Assembly (NCBI GenBank): GCA_041746575.1
Contig: JBGTGT010000118.1
Span: 1-40,665 of the forward strand
Length of the DNA stretch: 40,665 bases
DNA from: Microcystaceae cyanobacterium
GTDB lineage: Bacteria > Cyanobacteriota > Cyanobacteriia > Cyanobacteriales > Microcystaceae
Reading direction: 5' to 3'
Part shown: positions 28,143 to 38,228 of the stretch, piece by piece
Numbering within the stretch: the first letter of the stretch is position 1
Layout: every line of letters starts with the position of its first letter
Notes under the pieces: generated by a model
What the model was told of the DNA's origin: nothing
Seen by the model: the letters and a program-made list of their open reading frames with translations, nothing else
Database searches by the model: none
Made by a program: the position numbers and the translations under genes

Positions 28143-28418
28143 ATGGCTGTTAAAGTTCTTGTCCCCACGCCGCTGCAAAAATTTACCAACAATCAAGCGA
28201 TTATCGAGTGTGACGGGGCAACTATTGGTGAGTTAATTGATTCGTTAGAGTCAGCTTGTCCGGGCATTAAAGACCGTTTATGTGATGAGTCTGGGCAACC
28301 CCGCCGTTTTCTCAATTTTTACGTTAATAGTGAAGATATTCGCTTTTTAGAGGGAACAGATACGGTTCTCCAAGCAGGAGACGAAGTGAGTATTGTTCCG
28401 GCGGTGGCAGGAGGTTAA
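28143..28418 (+). CDS. MoaD/ThiS/CysO-like ubiquitin-fold sulfur carrier
   Basis: 91 aa ending PAVAGG, with [10 protein letters not shown] motif. Confidence 0.93.
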   Translation: MAVKVLVPTPLQKFTNNQAIIECDGATIGELIDSLESACPGIKDRLCDESGQPRRFLNFYVNSEDIRFLEGTDTVLQAGDEVSIVPAVAGG

Positions 28419-28519
28419 TCTCATTCGATTTTAGGTTCGATTTTAGGGCTGAGGTATTGGGTTTTTAAAGATGATTTATTTAAACCTTGTGCCTCAATAC
28501 TTATGCAACAATCCCTAAG

Positions 28520-29233
28520 TTAACTCAATCCGCCATCTTCAAATTTATAACCGACCCCAATTACGGTTTTAATAAAGCTAGGATGAGCAGGATCAGGTTC
28601 TATCTTCTTCCGTAAACGACGAATATGGGTATCTACGACCCTTTCATCGCCAAAAAAGTCATCTCCCCACAGTTTATCAATTAATTGGCTTCGACTCCAT
28701 ACTCTACCGGGGTAATTCATCAGGGTGGACATCAAATTAAATTCTAGGGTGGTTAAATCTAAGATTTCTTCTCCTTGGTTATCGAGATGGCGAGTAACGG
28801 TGTGTTGGTCTAAATCGAGGGTAAAATGTTCTGTTTGACAAAGATTGCTATCTGAGGAGCTATGACGCAGACTCCTCCGTAATAATGCCCTCACTCTCGC
28901 TACTAATTCCCGTGGACTAAAGGGTTTAACAAGGTAGTCATCAGCCCCTGTAGATAACCCAATAATGCGGTCGATTTCTTCCCCTCTGGCGGTTAACATC
29001 AGGATATAGGGGTCTTTTGCGGGAGGTTTCTGACGAATTCGGCTACAGACTTCTAACCCATCCAGTTGCGGTAACATTAAGTCCAGGATAATTAAATCGG
29101 GGAGGTTTTGCTGAATGGTGTCTAAGGCGGTGAAACCATCCCAAACAACTTGACAACTAAAAGACTCTCTTTCAAGGGTTTCTTTGATTAATTGGGCGAT
29201 TTCGAGGTCATCTTCGACAATAAGAATATCCAT
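28520..29233 (-). CDS. OmpR-family response regulator
   Basis: VEDD, LDLMLP, GADDYLVKPF and winged helix VDTHIRRLR. Confidence 0.95.
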   Translation of the reverse strand: MDILIVEDDLEIAQLIKETLERESFSCQVVWDGFTALDTIQQNLPDLIILDLMLPQLDGLEVCSRIRQKPPAKDPYILMLTARGEEIDRIIGLSTGADDYLVKPFSPRELVARVRALLRRSLRHSSSDSNLCQTEHFTLDLDQHTVTRHLDNQGEEILDLTTLEFNLMSTLMNYPGRVWSRSQLIDKLWGDDFFGDERVVDTHIRRLRKKIEPDPAHPSFIKTVIGVGYKFEDGGLS

Positions 29234-29348
29234 AAGCAGTCACGATGCGTCAATGGGTAATTGAGAAGAGGGTAGAAAGCAGGAGACAAGCCAAAATAGG
29301 CGGTTTAAATACGCGAAAATTGCTCAATTATCCTTTATCAATCATTTA

Positions 29349-30686
29349 TTACAATGCTCCGGCGGCAGTTTGGTCAAAAATGCCTTGGCCAAGGTGAGAA
29401 GTGAGATTAATAGCTTGAATAACGGGCATTCCCTCTAAACCTTTAGGGTAATCAATTACACTGACGCTTCCGTTACCTTGCTTAATATTCCAGAAGCTAG
29501 CGGAGGATAAACCTAATAAATGACAGATAATCACTTTATTAATCGCATCATGGGCAACGACGATTCCCACTTGAGGGGTTGAAAGACTACTATAGTGTTT
29601 TACTAGGTCTTCCCAACAGGCTACAGCGCGCTCCCATACCTGTTGCAAGTTTTCCCCTTCAGGCATTTGAACGGTTTCGGGGGTAGTTTTCCATTGAGTG
29701 AGTAATCCCGGAAAATCGGCTTCGATCTCGGTTTCGAGTTTCCCTTCCCATAAGCCATGGCAGATTTCCGCTAGGCGGGGTTGCAGGTTTAATTCGATGT
29801 CAGGATGAGCTTTCAGGATGATTTCGGCGGTTTCTTTCGGCCGTAACATGGGACTACTGACACTATAGGTTAAAGACGTATCTTTGAGAAAATCGGCGGC
29901 TTTTTGGGCTTGCTGACGACCATTGTCATTTAAGGGAATATCCCGAATGCCTTGAAAGCGGGATTCTCGATTCCATTGAGTTTCACCGTGACGTACTAAT
30001 AGGAGGCGTAGACGGTTGTCTGATGTGCGAGGAGGAGGTAAAGAGATGCCTAAATGAGATATTTGGTTTAAAGATTCAATTTGAACAGGATCACCAAGAT
30101 TACCGGCAAAATTAAGGACACTAATACAACAATTGGACTGTTGAAGGGTATGATAACGAGCAACAGGCATCCCCACAGCACTAAGAATTAAACAGCGATT
30201 AATGCCATTATGGGCAACAATGAGGAGGGTTTGACCTGAATGTTGCGTCAACGCAGTTTGCCAAAAGGCTTTTGCTTGTTCATATAGAGAAAGCACAGGG
30301 TAATGCTCTGTGCCATCTTTTAAGACCATTTTAAATTCGTGGGGACGCTCATGCCAACAACGGTAATCTTCAGGAAATTGGGCAATAACGTCCTGTTTAA
30401 CCCATTTTTCCCAGAGGGGGAGGTCAATTTCCAATAATTTTTCTGTTGCTTGTAGAGGGGGAGGATTGGTTAAACAAGATTGAATAATTTCGGCGGTTAA
30501 TTTAGCCCGTTGGAGGGGGCTGGCGTAAATTTGATCAATTTTAAGATTTTTCAGGACTGAACCTAGAAGTTTGGCATCTTCTCTGCCTTTTTCCGTTAAA
30601 ATAGACTCATCGCACCGACCTTGAATCCGTTTTTCAGCGTTATAATTACTTTGACCGTGACGCACAATAATAACACGAGTAGCCAA
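29349..30686 (-). CDS. pspA: Double-domain histidine phosphatase (phosphoserine phosphatase PspA/GpmB-like)
   Basis: Two RHG domains. TTG start with GGAGGA SD. Confidence 0.8.
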   Translation of the reverse strand: MATRVIIVRHGQSNYNAEKRIQGRCDESILTEKGREDAKLLGSVLKNLKIDQIYASPLQRAKLTAEIIQSCLTNPPPLQATEKLLEIDLPLWEKWVKQDVIAQFPEDYRCWHERPHEFKMVLKDGTEHYPVLSLYEQAKAFWQTALTQHSGQTLLIVAHNGINRCLILSAVGMPVARYHTLQQSNCCISVLNFAGNLGDPVQIESLNQISHLGISLPPPRTSDNRLRLLLVRHGETQWNRESRFQGIRDIPLNDNGRQQAQKAADFLKDTSLTYSVSSPMLRPKETAEIILKAHPDIELNLQPRLAEICHGLWEGKLETEIEADFPGLLTQWKTTPETVQMPEGENLQQVWERAVACWEDLVKHYSSLSTPQVGIVVAHDAINKVIICHLLGLSSASFWNIKQGNGSVSVIDYPKGLEGMPVIQAINLTSHLGQGIFDQTAAGAL

Positions 30687-31084
30687 GCTTTCTATCCTCC
30701 TAAATAGTCAATAGTGGGTGAGATCGAGTAAGGGGTTGCCAATGACCAATAATAATAGATGATTCCCTTCAATACCGCCCATCTCAGAACAGTTTAAATG
30801 CTGTGAGATAAGCGTCTCACTTGTAGCAAAGCCGATAACTATGTTACTGTTTACCCATCATTGAGATAAACAACAGCAAAGGGGGATCAACCCCAATAGA
30901 CACAACATCGGTTTTTGTTATTTTGTATAATGGCTCTACTAATAATATCCTATTTAGTTACGCTCTGCTGATAAAATTAAAATAACATAGAGCGTTTTTC
31001 TAGTCGGTTATTTCTTTTAGACTAACGAGCATTTATTGATTTTTTATTAATCTTGATTGATTCCTTTTATTGACGTTCTACGAC

Positions 31085-32635
31085 ATGGCTATTTCAGAAA
31101 AGATAACGTTTCCTCGAGCTTCTTTGAAGTCTGCTCGTCAATCCGCTCATCAACTTTTTTGGAGTTGGTTAATCTTCTTAATCATTGGTCTGTTGGGTAT
31201 CCTAAGCCATGCCATGTGGCGCGATGAACTTAACGGATGGTTAATTGCCAGAGACAGTGAATCTTTAGGACAGTTTTTTTATAATATTCGCTACGAGGGA
31301 CATCCTTTTATTTGGTATAGTTGCCTGTCTTTATTGAATAAAATTACTGATAATCCGGTTATTATGCAACTTTTTCACTGGTTGCTGGCAGTGACATCTG
31401 TTACAATTTTTCTTCGCTTTTCTCCTTTTACCAAACTACAAAAAATCCTATTTATTTTTGGCTATTTACCTTTATATGAATATCAAGTGATTAGCCGAAA
31501 TTATGTCATTGGGATGCTAACGCTTTTTCTCGCTTGCTGGTTGTGGGAAACTCGGAAAAAGACCTATATTGGGTTAAGTTTAATCTTAGCATTGATGGCA
31601 AATACGAATGCTTATTGTTTGCTTATTTCTTTCACTTTCGCCCTAACCTTAGGATTTGAAAAGTTATTTTCTCAACCGCTTCATCTTAAACTTTTTCAGA
31701 AGAAAAGAGACATTTTAGGCAGTATTTTTATTTATTTAGGAGGAGTTGCTGTATCTATTATAACCCTACTTCCCCCTTCCGACAGTACTTTACAAGGAGG
31801 AGCGTCTCAATGGTTTTTGCAACTAGATTTTTATCGCTTTTGTCAGAGCCTGAGCAGAATTTGGAATAGTTATATTTTAATTTTAGTCCCCAGCGACTCC
31901 AAATTATTTGATGGGGTTTTATTTGCAATTTTATCTTTGCTTTTATTATTGTTTGTTGCCACTTTACTCATCCGAAAACCTGTTGCTTTATTCTTCTATT
32001 TATCAGGAAGTTTCAGCTTATTACTCTTTACTTATCTTAAATTTTTAGGGTCAGCCAGACATTACGGACATCTTTACCTTGTTCTCATTGTAGCCTTGTG
32101 GTTAGCCAGTTATTACCCCAAATCTTCCCTGATTTCTCAAAAAGTAAAAATTCCTTGGCACTCTTTTGTCAATACTTATCGCAAAACCTTTCTGCTGATT
32201 ATTTTAGTTTCACAGGTAATTGCGGGTTTAGTGGCTTTCAGTAGAGATGTATCTATTCCTTATTCTGCAAGTCGAGAGGTCGCTCATTTTATTCAACAGC
32301 AACAACTAGATAAACTCTTTATTGTGGGCAGTGAAGACTTTACCATCGCTCCCATTTCAGGTTATCTTAACAAAAAAGTTTATTATCCTGAAAGTCAAAC
32401 TGTCGGTAGCTATGTGCTATTTAATCATAATCGAAAGGAGGTAGATGACCAACAAATTTTGCAAGAGATCCAGTCCATTCTCAGATATCCGAATGAGTCA
32501 TTATTACTCATTTTAAACCATGAATTGACCACGACAAATCCCCAGTTAGAAATTCAGCCAATTCAACAATTCACAAAAGCCTTTATCTACAACGAAAAAT
32601 ATTATCTTTATCAAGTCACTCAATCGCAAGCCTAG
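31085..32635 (+). CDS. Multi-pass membrane protein, probable GT-C fold glycosyltransferase
   Basis: WRDE after TM1, YEGHP, and about 11-12 TMs. Confidence 0.7.
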   Translation: MAISEKITFPRASLKSARQSAHQLFWSWLIFLIIGLLGILSHAMWRDELNGWLIARDSESLGQFFYNIRYEGHPFIWYSCLSLLNKITDNPVIMQLFHWLLAVTSVTIFLRFSPFTKLQKILFIFGYLPLYEYQVISRNYVIGMLTLFLACWLWETRKKTYIGLSLILALMANTNAYCLLISFTFALTLGFEKLFSQPLHLKLFQKKRDILGSIFIYLGGVAVSIITLLPPSDSTLQGGASQWFLQLDFYRFCQSLSRIWNSYILILVPSDSKLFDGVLFAILSLLLLLFVATLLIRKPVALFFYLSGSFSLLLFTYLKFLGSARHYGHLYLVLIVALWLASYYPKSSLISQKVKIPWHSFVNTYRKTFLLIILVSQVIAGLVAFSRDVSIPYSASREVAHFIQQQQLDKLFIVGSEDFTIAPISGYLNKKVYYPESQTVGSYVLFNHNRKEVDDQQILQEIQSILRYPNESLLLILNHELTTTNPQLEIQPIQQFTKAFIYNEKYYLYQVTQSQA

Positions 32636-32695
32636 GTTTATTCTTTGTTAATATTGACGATAGCTTAATTATTTTGGAATTCATGATCATTAAAA

Positions 32696-34261
32696 ATGAA
32701 AAATATTATTTTCAAAATTTACAGATCAAATTTCCTCTTATGGGACGCTATTTTTTTAGCACTTGTATCTTTATTCTTGGGGACAATCAACTTAGGAAAT
32801 GTCGCCTTAAGAGACTGGGATGAAGGGTATTATGGAACGGTTTCCCAAGATATGTTTTATTCGGGTGATTGGGTATACCCTACCTATCTAGGAGAACCTT
32901 TTTTACTCAAACCGCCTTTAACTATCTGGTTAATTACTCTCAGTTATCATTTGGGAGGAATTAATGAATTTACCAGCCGTTTCCCTTGTGCATTAATTTC
33001 TGCATTAAGTATTCCTTTACTCTACTTAATTGGCCGAGAAGTTTGGCAAAATCGTTCGTCGGCGATTTTATCAGCTTGTGTTTATTTAACCTTATTAGCG
33101 GTGATTCGTCATGGTCGTTTAGCGATGATAGATGGCATGATTAATACTTTTTTTCTAATTTCTTTACTGGGAATTGTCAAATCCTATCAATCTCGTTTAT
33201 GGTTAATTTTAGTGGGAATGGGTCTCGGTTTAATTGCCTTGAGTAAAGGAACATTAGTCATTCCATTGGGGGGAATTCTATTAGTATTTATCTTGTGGCA
33301 ATATTCCTTTAAACGCTGTCTTTCTCCCTATTTATGGCTAGGATTTCTAATCGGTTTCACCCCTGTAGGATTATGGTATGGTTTACAGATTCAACACTAT
33401 GGGGATGCCTTTATTAAGGTTCATTTTATTGAGCAAAATTTCAGTCGCTTATCTACGGCTGTTGAAGGAAATCGGGGAGGGGTTGGCTATTATGTTTGGG
33501 AAATTTTGAAATACACTGCTCCTTGGTTATTTTTCTTGCCCAGTAGTTTGTGGATAAATGGAAAGTCGTTAGAAAAAAAAGGTTCTAAGTTAGTTATTTT
33601 AGGAATTATTCTGTATTTTGGACTCATTTCTGTAATGCAGACGAAACTTCCTTGGTATATTATGCCCCTTTATCCCTTTTTTGCCTTATCAGTGGGACAT
33701 TATTTAGGATTACTTTGGGAAAATAGCGTCAATTATCCTCGTTGGATAGGTTGGATTTTAATGGGTATTGGGGGGTTAAGTAGTGTGGGATTGATTTATT
33801 TTATTCAGACTCAAGCTTCTTTAATTTTAGGGTTAGTGGTTATTAGTTTGGGTTTAACTTTATTTCTCGCAGGTTTAAAACTTTATCATAAAAATAGACA
33901 ATTTATTCCAATTTTGATCATCGGGTTATCCCTGAGTTTAAGCTTATTCTTCTTTTCCAATGATTGGGTTTGGGAATTGAATGAAGCTTTTGCCGTTAAA
34001 CCTGTAGGCAAACTGCTTAAAAATTATACGCCTCGAAATACCGTTATTTATACCTCTTTTGATTATAGTCGCCCCAGTCTCGATTTTTATAGCCAACGCA
34101 AAGTTATCTCAGCGGATGATAACCGCTTAAAAGAATTATTGACTTCTCAAAATTATTTACTTTTGGAAAGAGAGGTCTTCGATCAGTTACAATTAGAGAA
34201 TCCTTCCCTTTTAGGAGAAGCAGAAGGTTTTCTTTTAGTCAGGCCTTCCCATCATCCTTAA
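32696..34261 (+). CDS. ArnT/PMT-family glycosyltransferase (GT39/GT83-like)
   Basis: DWDEGYY, KPPL, SKG and TKLPWYIMP motifs. Confidence 0.9.
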   Translation: MKNIIFKIYRSNFLLWDAIFLALVSLFLGTINLGNVALRDWDEGYYGTVSQDMFYSGDWVYPTYLGEPFLLKPPLTIWLITLSYHLGGINEFTSRFPCALISALSIPLLYLIGREVWQNRSSAILSACVYLTLLAVIRHGRLAMIDGMINTFFLISLLGIVKSYQSRLWLILVGMGLGLIALSKGTLVIPLGGILLVFILWQYSFKRCLSPYLWLGFLIGFTPVGLWYGLQIQHYGDAFIKVHFIEQNFSRLSTAVEGNRGGVGYYVWEILKYTAPWLFFLPSSLWINGKSLEKKGSKLVILGIILYFGLISVMQTKLPWYIMPLYPFFALSVGHYLGLLWENSVNYPRWIGWILMGIGGLSSVGLIYFIQTQASLILGLVVISLGLTLFLAGLKLYHKNRQFIPILIIGLSLSLSLFFFSNDWVWELNEAFAVKPVGKLLKNYTPRNTVIYTSFDYSRPSLDFYSQRKVISADDNRLKELLTSQNYLLLEREVFDQLQLENPSLLGEAEGFLLVRPSHHP

Positions 34262-34287
34262 ATCACTAAAAACGAGGCAACTTTTTG

Positions 34288-35787
34288 ATGAAGTTAAGAC
34301 AAATTATTTTATCTATTTTAACCTTTGTCGTTTTAATTCCAATTTTTCTCTCCCTATTCATCAGCTTTCAAGAACCTCAAGTTCAATCGGATTTACAACT
34401 TTACCAAACTGACATCATTTTACAGGGTTCTGAACTGGATTTAGAAAAATTTGAAATTCCCATTCCTCGTAATACGCTATTGGGAAAAGATTCCTATGAA
34501 ATTGCCGAAAAACAATATCAAAAAGTTCAAACAGAATTTACCCAAAATTTAGAACGACTCAAACAAAAATATACCTCAGAAACCTTGACAGTAGAGAGAG
34601 ATAAAAAGATCAAAAAACAAGAAAGACTGCTCAATCAAATTATTCTAAAAAAAGGCATTATTCAAGCGGCCAACCATCAAACGGCTAAAGCCATTAAAAC
34701 ATGGGAAATGATTAATCCTAAAATTAGCCAAACCCAAAATACGCTCGCAGATGCCCTGCAAACCGCTTGGAGTCAACCCACTCAACTTAGCGAAGATAAA
34801 ATAAACTTGCTGGATTTAAAATTATTGGGATGGTTTCGCTATCAAACCCTAAAACAAATTTATCAAGCGCGAAGCAATAACGCTGAATTAGCCACTTTAG
34901 AATCCCAAGAACAAATTCTCGCCTCTAAAGCCATTACCAAACTTTTAATTGTGTCGTTGATTCCTTTTATCTGTGGTTCAATTGGCATCATCTTACTTTT
35001 ATTCGTCCTAATTCAGCAACTGATCAAAAAAGATGAATCTTTGCTGTCTATTAATCAAAATAAAGGGTGGGAAGTACCGTGGAAATTTGAAATTACTTGG
35101 CAAGTGTTGATCGTGGGATTTTTTCTGGTTTCTCAAATTCTCTCCCAACTTTTTCTGCCTCTTATTCTTCAAGGAATTGGACTAAATATGGCTGAAACCA
35201 ATTTACGATTCAAGGCAATTTATGTTTTAATTAGCTATGTATCTATGGCGATCGCTGGACTATCCGTTCTTTATCTTTCGATCAAAAACTTTTTACCTTT
35301 GCCGCAAGATTGGTTTAAATTTAACATCAATTTCAAGAATTTTCTTTGGGGTTTAGGAGGTTATTTTGTCGCTGTTCCTTTGGTGGTTCTGGTTTCGTTA
35401 GTGAATCAACAACTCTGGCAAGGACAAGGGGGAAGTAACCCGCTTTTATCCCTTGCTTTAGAATCACAAGATAGCCTCGTTTTACTGATCTTTTTCTTCA
35501 CGGCTTCCTTAGCGGCTCCTTTCTATGAAGAATTGATGTTTCGAGGCTTTTTATTACCCGCCTTAACCCGTTATGTTCCCCTTTGGGGGGCAATTGGAAT
35601 TAGTGCTTTAATTTTTGCCGTTGCTCATTTAAGTCTGTCAGAAGTATTGCCCCTTTTTACCCTAGGAATCGTCTTAGGTATTGTTTATACGCGTTCTCGT
35701 AATTTATTCTCCTCTATGTTACTGCACGGTTTGTGGAATGGCGGCACATTACTCAGTTTATTTATTTTAGGGAGCAGTGCCAATTAG
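34288..35787 (+). CDS. CPBP (CAAX/Abi) intramembrane metalloprotease
   Basis: EELMFRG, FAVAH and HGLWN motifs. Confidence 0.93.
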   Translation: MKLRQIILSILTFVVLIPIFLSLFISFQEPQVQSDLQLYQTDIILQGSELDLEKFEIPIPRNTLLGKDSYEIAEKQYQKVQTEFTQNLERLKQKYTSETLTVERDKKIKKQERLLNQIILKKGIIQAANHQTAKAIKTWEMINPKISQTQNTLADALQTAWSQPTQLSEDKINLLDLKLLGWFRYQTLKQIYQARSNNAELATLESQEQILASKAITKLLIVSLIPFICGSIGIILLLFVLIQQLIKKDESLLSINQNKGWEVPWKFEITWQVLIVGFFLVSQILSQLFLPLILQGIGLNMAETNLRFKAIYVLISYVSMAIAGLSVLYLSIKNFLPLPQDWFKFNINFKNFLWGLGGYFVAVPLVVLVSLVNQQLWQGQGGSNPLLSLALESQDSLVLLIFFFTASLAAPFYEELMFRGFLLPALTRYVPLWGAIGISALIFAVAHLSLSEVLPLFTLGIVLGIVYTRSRNLFSSMLLHGLWNGGTLLSLFILGSSAN

Positions 35788-35849
35788 GGAACAAGTTGTC
35801 ACTAGGGTTAATCCTGTTTATGATAGATTCATCGGGTTCTGATTGAGGA

Positions 35850-36359
35850 ATGATTGTGATGCTAAGATTTATAATTCTTGGAGGGTGTGTCAGCATAGGG
35901 ATGATGCTCTCTCCCGTCGTTGTACAAGCACAAGCGAGACAGTTAGAAATTGCTCCTGAAGCATTGCCTTCTGCTACGGCAAATAGCCAAATTACGCCTC
36001 TAGAATTAAATCAATTTTCCCAAGTGATTAAGCAACTTCAAGCCCTCGAAATCAAGAATCAAAAAAAGATGACAGACGCAATTAAAGCAGAAGGCTTAAA
36101 ACCCGAACGGTTTGTGGAAATTGAAGATAGTATCCGCGATCCCGCCTCACAACCTGAAAACCCTATTACAGCCGAAGAAAAAGAGAAATATATTAAGGCA
36201 GCTACCCGCCTCCAAGAAATCTGGCAAGAAGCTCAACCTAAACGCGAAAAAGCGGTGACAACTCAAGGATTAACCCTACAAAGATTTGCTCAAATTAATC
36301 AAGTTGTCAGTCAAGATCCGGCTTTACAAAAACAGGTTCAACAAATCGTCGGACAATAG
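35850..36359 (+). CDS. DUF4168 family exported protein
   Basis: Signal peptide AQA and two GL..RF..I repeats. Confidence 0.8.
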   Translation: MIVMLRFIILGGCVSIGMMLSPVVVQAQARQLEIAPEALPSATANSQITPLELNQFSQVIKQLQALEIKNQKKMTDAIKAEGLKPERFVEIEDSIRDPASQPENPITAEEKEKYIKAATRLQEIWQEAQPKREKAVTTQGLTLQRFAQINQVVSQDPALQKQVQQIVGQ

Positions 36360-36462
36360 ACTTCTGGCAAAAGTCAGGTAATAGCGTATTGTTTTCTGTT
36401 ACTTCAAATCGCCGCTAATCGCATTAACACCGAATCTCAAATCTAGAAAATTCCCACTCACT

Positions 36463-37083
36463 TTGACTTGTCCATCTTACTGGCATGATGCCCTAATTTA
36501 TCTCTTAAAAAGAGATGAAACGTTAGCCAAATTAATTACGGCTTTTCCGGATGCAACGCTGATTAATCAGCATAATCCTTTTCATACCTTGATGCGAGCG
36601 ATTGTCGGCCAGCAAATTTCCGTCAAGGCAGCCGATGCTGTCTGGTTTCGTCTAGAAGCTTTACTCAAATCCATTTCCCCTGAAGCCTATCTAGGCATTT
36701 CTCCGGAAGAATTACGTCAATGTGGGTTATCTCGCCAGAAGATCGCCTATATTACTCATGTTGCTCTTGCTTTTCAAGATAGAACCTTAAATCCTGAAAA
36801 TTGGCAAACAATGGATGATGAGGCAGTCATTAAACAATTAACAGCAATAAAAGGTGTTGGACTTTGGACAGCCCAGATGTTTCTCATTTTTAACCTTCAT
36901 CGTCCTAACGTTCTTCCTTTAGCGGATTTAGGTTTAATTAACGCCCTTCACCGCCATTATGGCAACGGACAAAAACTTTCAAAAACAGACATTATTCGTC
37001 TTTCTCAACGATGGGAACCCTATCGCACGGTGGCGACTTGGTATCTTTGGCGTAGCCTAGATCCGGTAACGGTTCAGTATTAA
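36463..37083 (+). CDS. alkA: DNA-3-methyladenine glycosylase II (AlkA/HhH-GPD)
   Basis: IVGQQIS, KGVGLWTA, P.AD and WEPYRTVATWYLW motifs. Confidence 0.88.
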   Translation: MTCPSYWHDALIYLLKRDETLAKLITAFPDATLINQHNPFHTLMRAIVGQQISVKAADAVWFRLEALLKSISPEAYLGISPEELRQCGLSRQKIAYITHVALAFQDRTLNPENWQTMDDEAVIKQLTAIKGVGLWTAQMFLIFNLHRPNVLPLADLGLINALHRHYGNGQKLSKTDIIRLSQRWEPYRTVATWYLWRSLDPVTVQY

Positions 37084-37223
37084 AGTTAAAGCCGTTATTA
37101 TCTTGAGTATTGTCAATCTTTCTAGATCTTGTCATTTACTTAACCTTTTCCCCTTCGCCGAATCATCCCAAACACGATAGGATGAAAAGCAAGCCTTAAA
37201 TTCATCATTTGGTTTAATCAACT

Positions 37224-37745
37224 ATGCCCAGAACGCAACGTAACGATAATTTTATTGATAAATCTTTCACGGTAATGGCCGATATTATCCTGAAAATATT
37301 GCCGACCAACCAAAAAGCGAAAGAAGCGTTTGTTTATTATCGAGATGGAATGTCTGCCCAAGCCGATGGCGAATATGCTGAAGCTTTGGATAATTATTAT
37401 GAAGCCCTTACGCTAGAAGACGATCCCACTGATCGCAGTTATATTCTTTATAACGTCGGCTTAATCCATGCCAGTAATGGGGATACCGCTAAAGCCATTG
37501 AATATTATGAACAGGCATTAGACCTTAACCCTCGAATGCCCTCAGCACTAAACAATTTGGCTGTCATTTATCACTATAAGGGTGAACATGCCAGAGTGGC
37601 CGATCAAGAAAACGAAGCAGAAGTCTTATACGATAAAGCGGCAGAATATTGGAAACAAGCCATCCGTTTAGCCCCTAATAATTATATTGAAGCGCAAAAC
37701 TGGCTAAAAACCACAGGGAGATCTGAAATGGATGTCTTTTTCTAA
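37224..37745 (+). CDS. ycf3: Photosystem I assembly TPR protein Ycf3
   Basis: [32 protein letters not shown]. Confidence 0.98.
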   Translation: MPRTQRNDNFIDKSFTVMADIILKILPTNQKAKEAFVYYRDGMSAQADGEYAEALDNYYEALTLEDDPTDRSYILYNVGLIHASNGDTAKAIEYYEQALDLNPRMPSALNNLAVIYHYKGEHARVADQENEAEVLYDKAAEYWKQAIRLAPNNYIEAQNWLKTTGRSEMDVFF

Positions 37746-37808
37746 GCAATGATTCTGATTGCCTCTTAAAGCTCCCTTAAGAAAGCTATTCATGAACCTG
37801 ACTTAGCC

Positions 37809-38105
37809 ATGACTCAATTAAACCGTCAAGACGTACAAAAAATCGCCCATCTTGCTCGATTAGAGATTACAGAAGCAGAAGAGAAGCAACTTACTACCCA
37901 ATTAAGTAATATTTTGCAGTATTTCGAGCAATTAAGCGAACTGGATACCCAGAATGTTCCCCCAACGACCCGTGCCATTGAATTGAGTAATATTACTCGT
38001 CAAGATGAAGTTAAAGGCTATGGAGATAGGGAAGCCTTGCTAAAAGAAGCCCCCGAACCCGATGGAGACTATTTCCGAGTACCGCAAATTCTGGTCACCG
38101 ATTAA
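37809..38105 (+). CDS. gatC: Asp/Glu-tRNA amidotransferase subunit C
   Basis: [21 protein letters not shown]. Confidence 0.96.
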   Translation: MTQLNRQDVQKIAHLARLEITEAEEKQLTTQLSNILQYFEQLSELDTQNVPPTTRAIELSNITRQDEVKGYGDREALLKEAPEPDGDYFRVPQILVTD

Positions 38106-38119
38106 AGACGATTAAAATA

Positions 38120-38128
38120 TGTTATAGT
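38120..38128 (+). promoter_or_regulatory. Extended -10 of ffs
   Basis: TGnTATAGT 6 nt before the SRP RNA 5' end. Confidence 0.65.
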
Positions 38129-38134
38129 AATATT

Positions 38135-38228
38135 GACTCGGACTCATGCGATTATGACGCCCAAATCTTGTCAGAGCTGGAAGGCAGCAGCAATACGGGA
38201 TGCTTGTGATAGGCGTGGACTCCGAGTC
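38135..38228 (+). ncRNA. ffs: Small bacterial SRP (4.5S) RNA
   Basis: Terminal stem GACTCGGA/TCCGAGTC, helix 8 TCAGA-GCT-GGAA-GGC-AGCAG, and T run downstream. Confidence 0.93.

Noticed and set aside
34288..35787. CPBP protease as abortive infection or bacteriocin immunity
   Set aside because: Looks like the common cyanobacterial form, with no toxin or peptide genes nearby.
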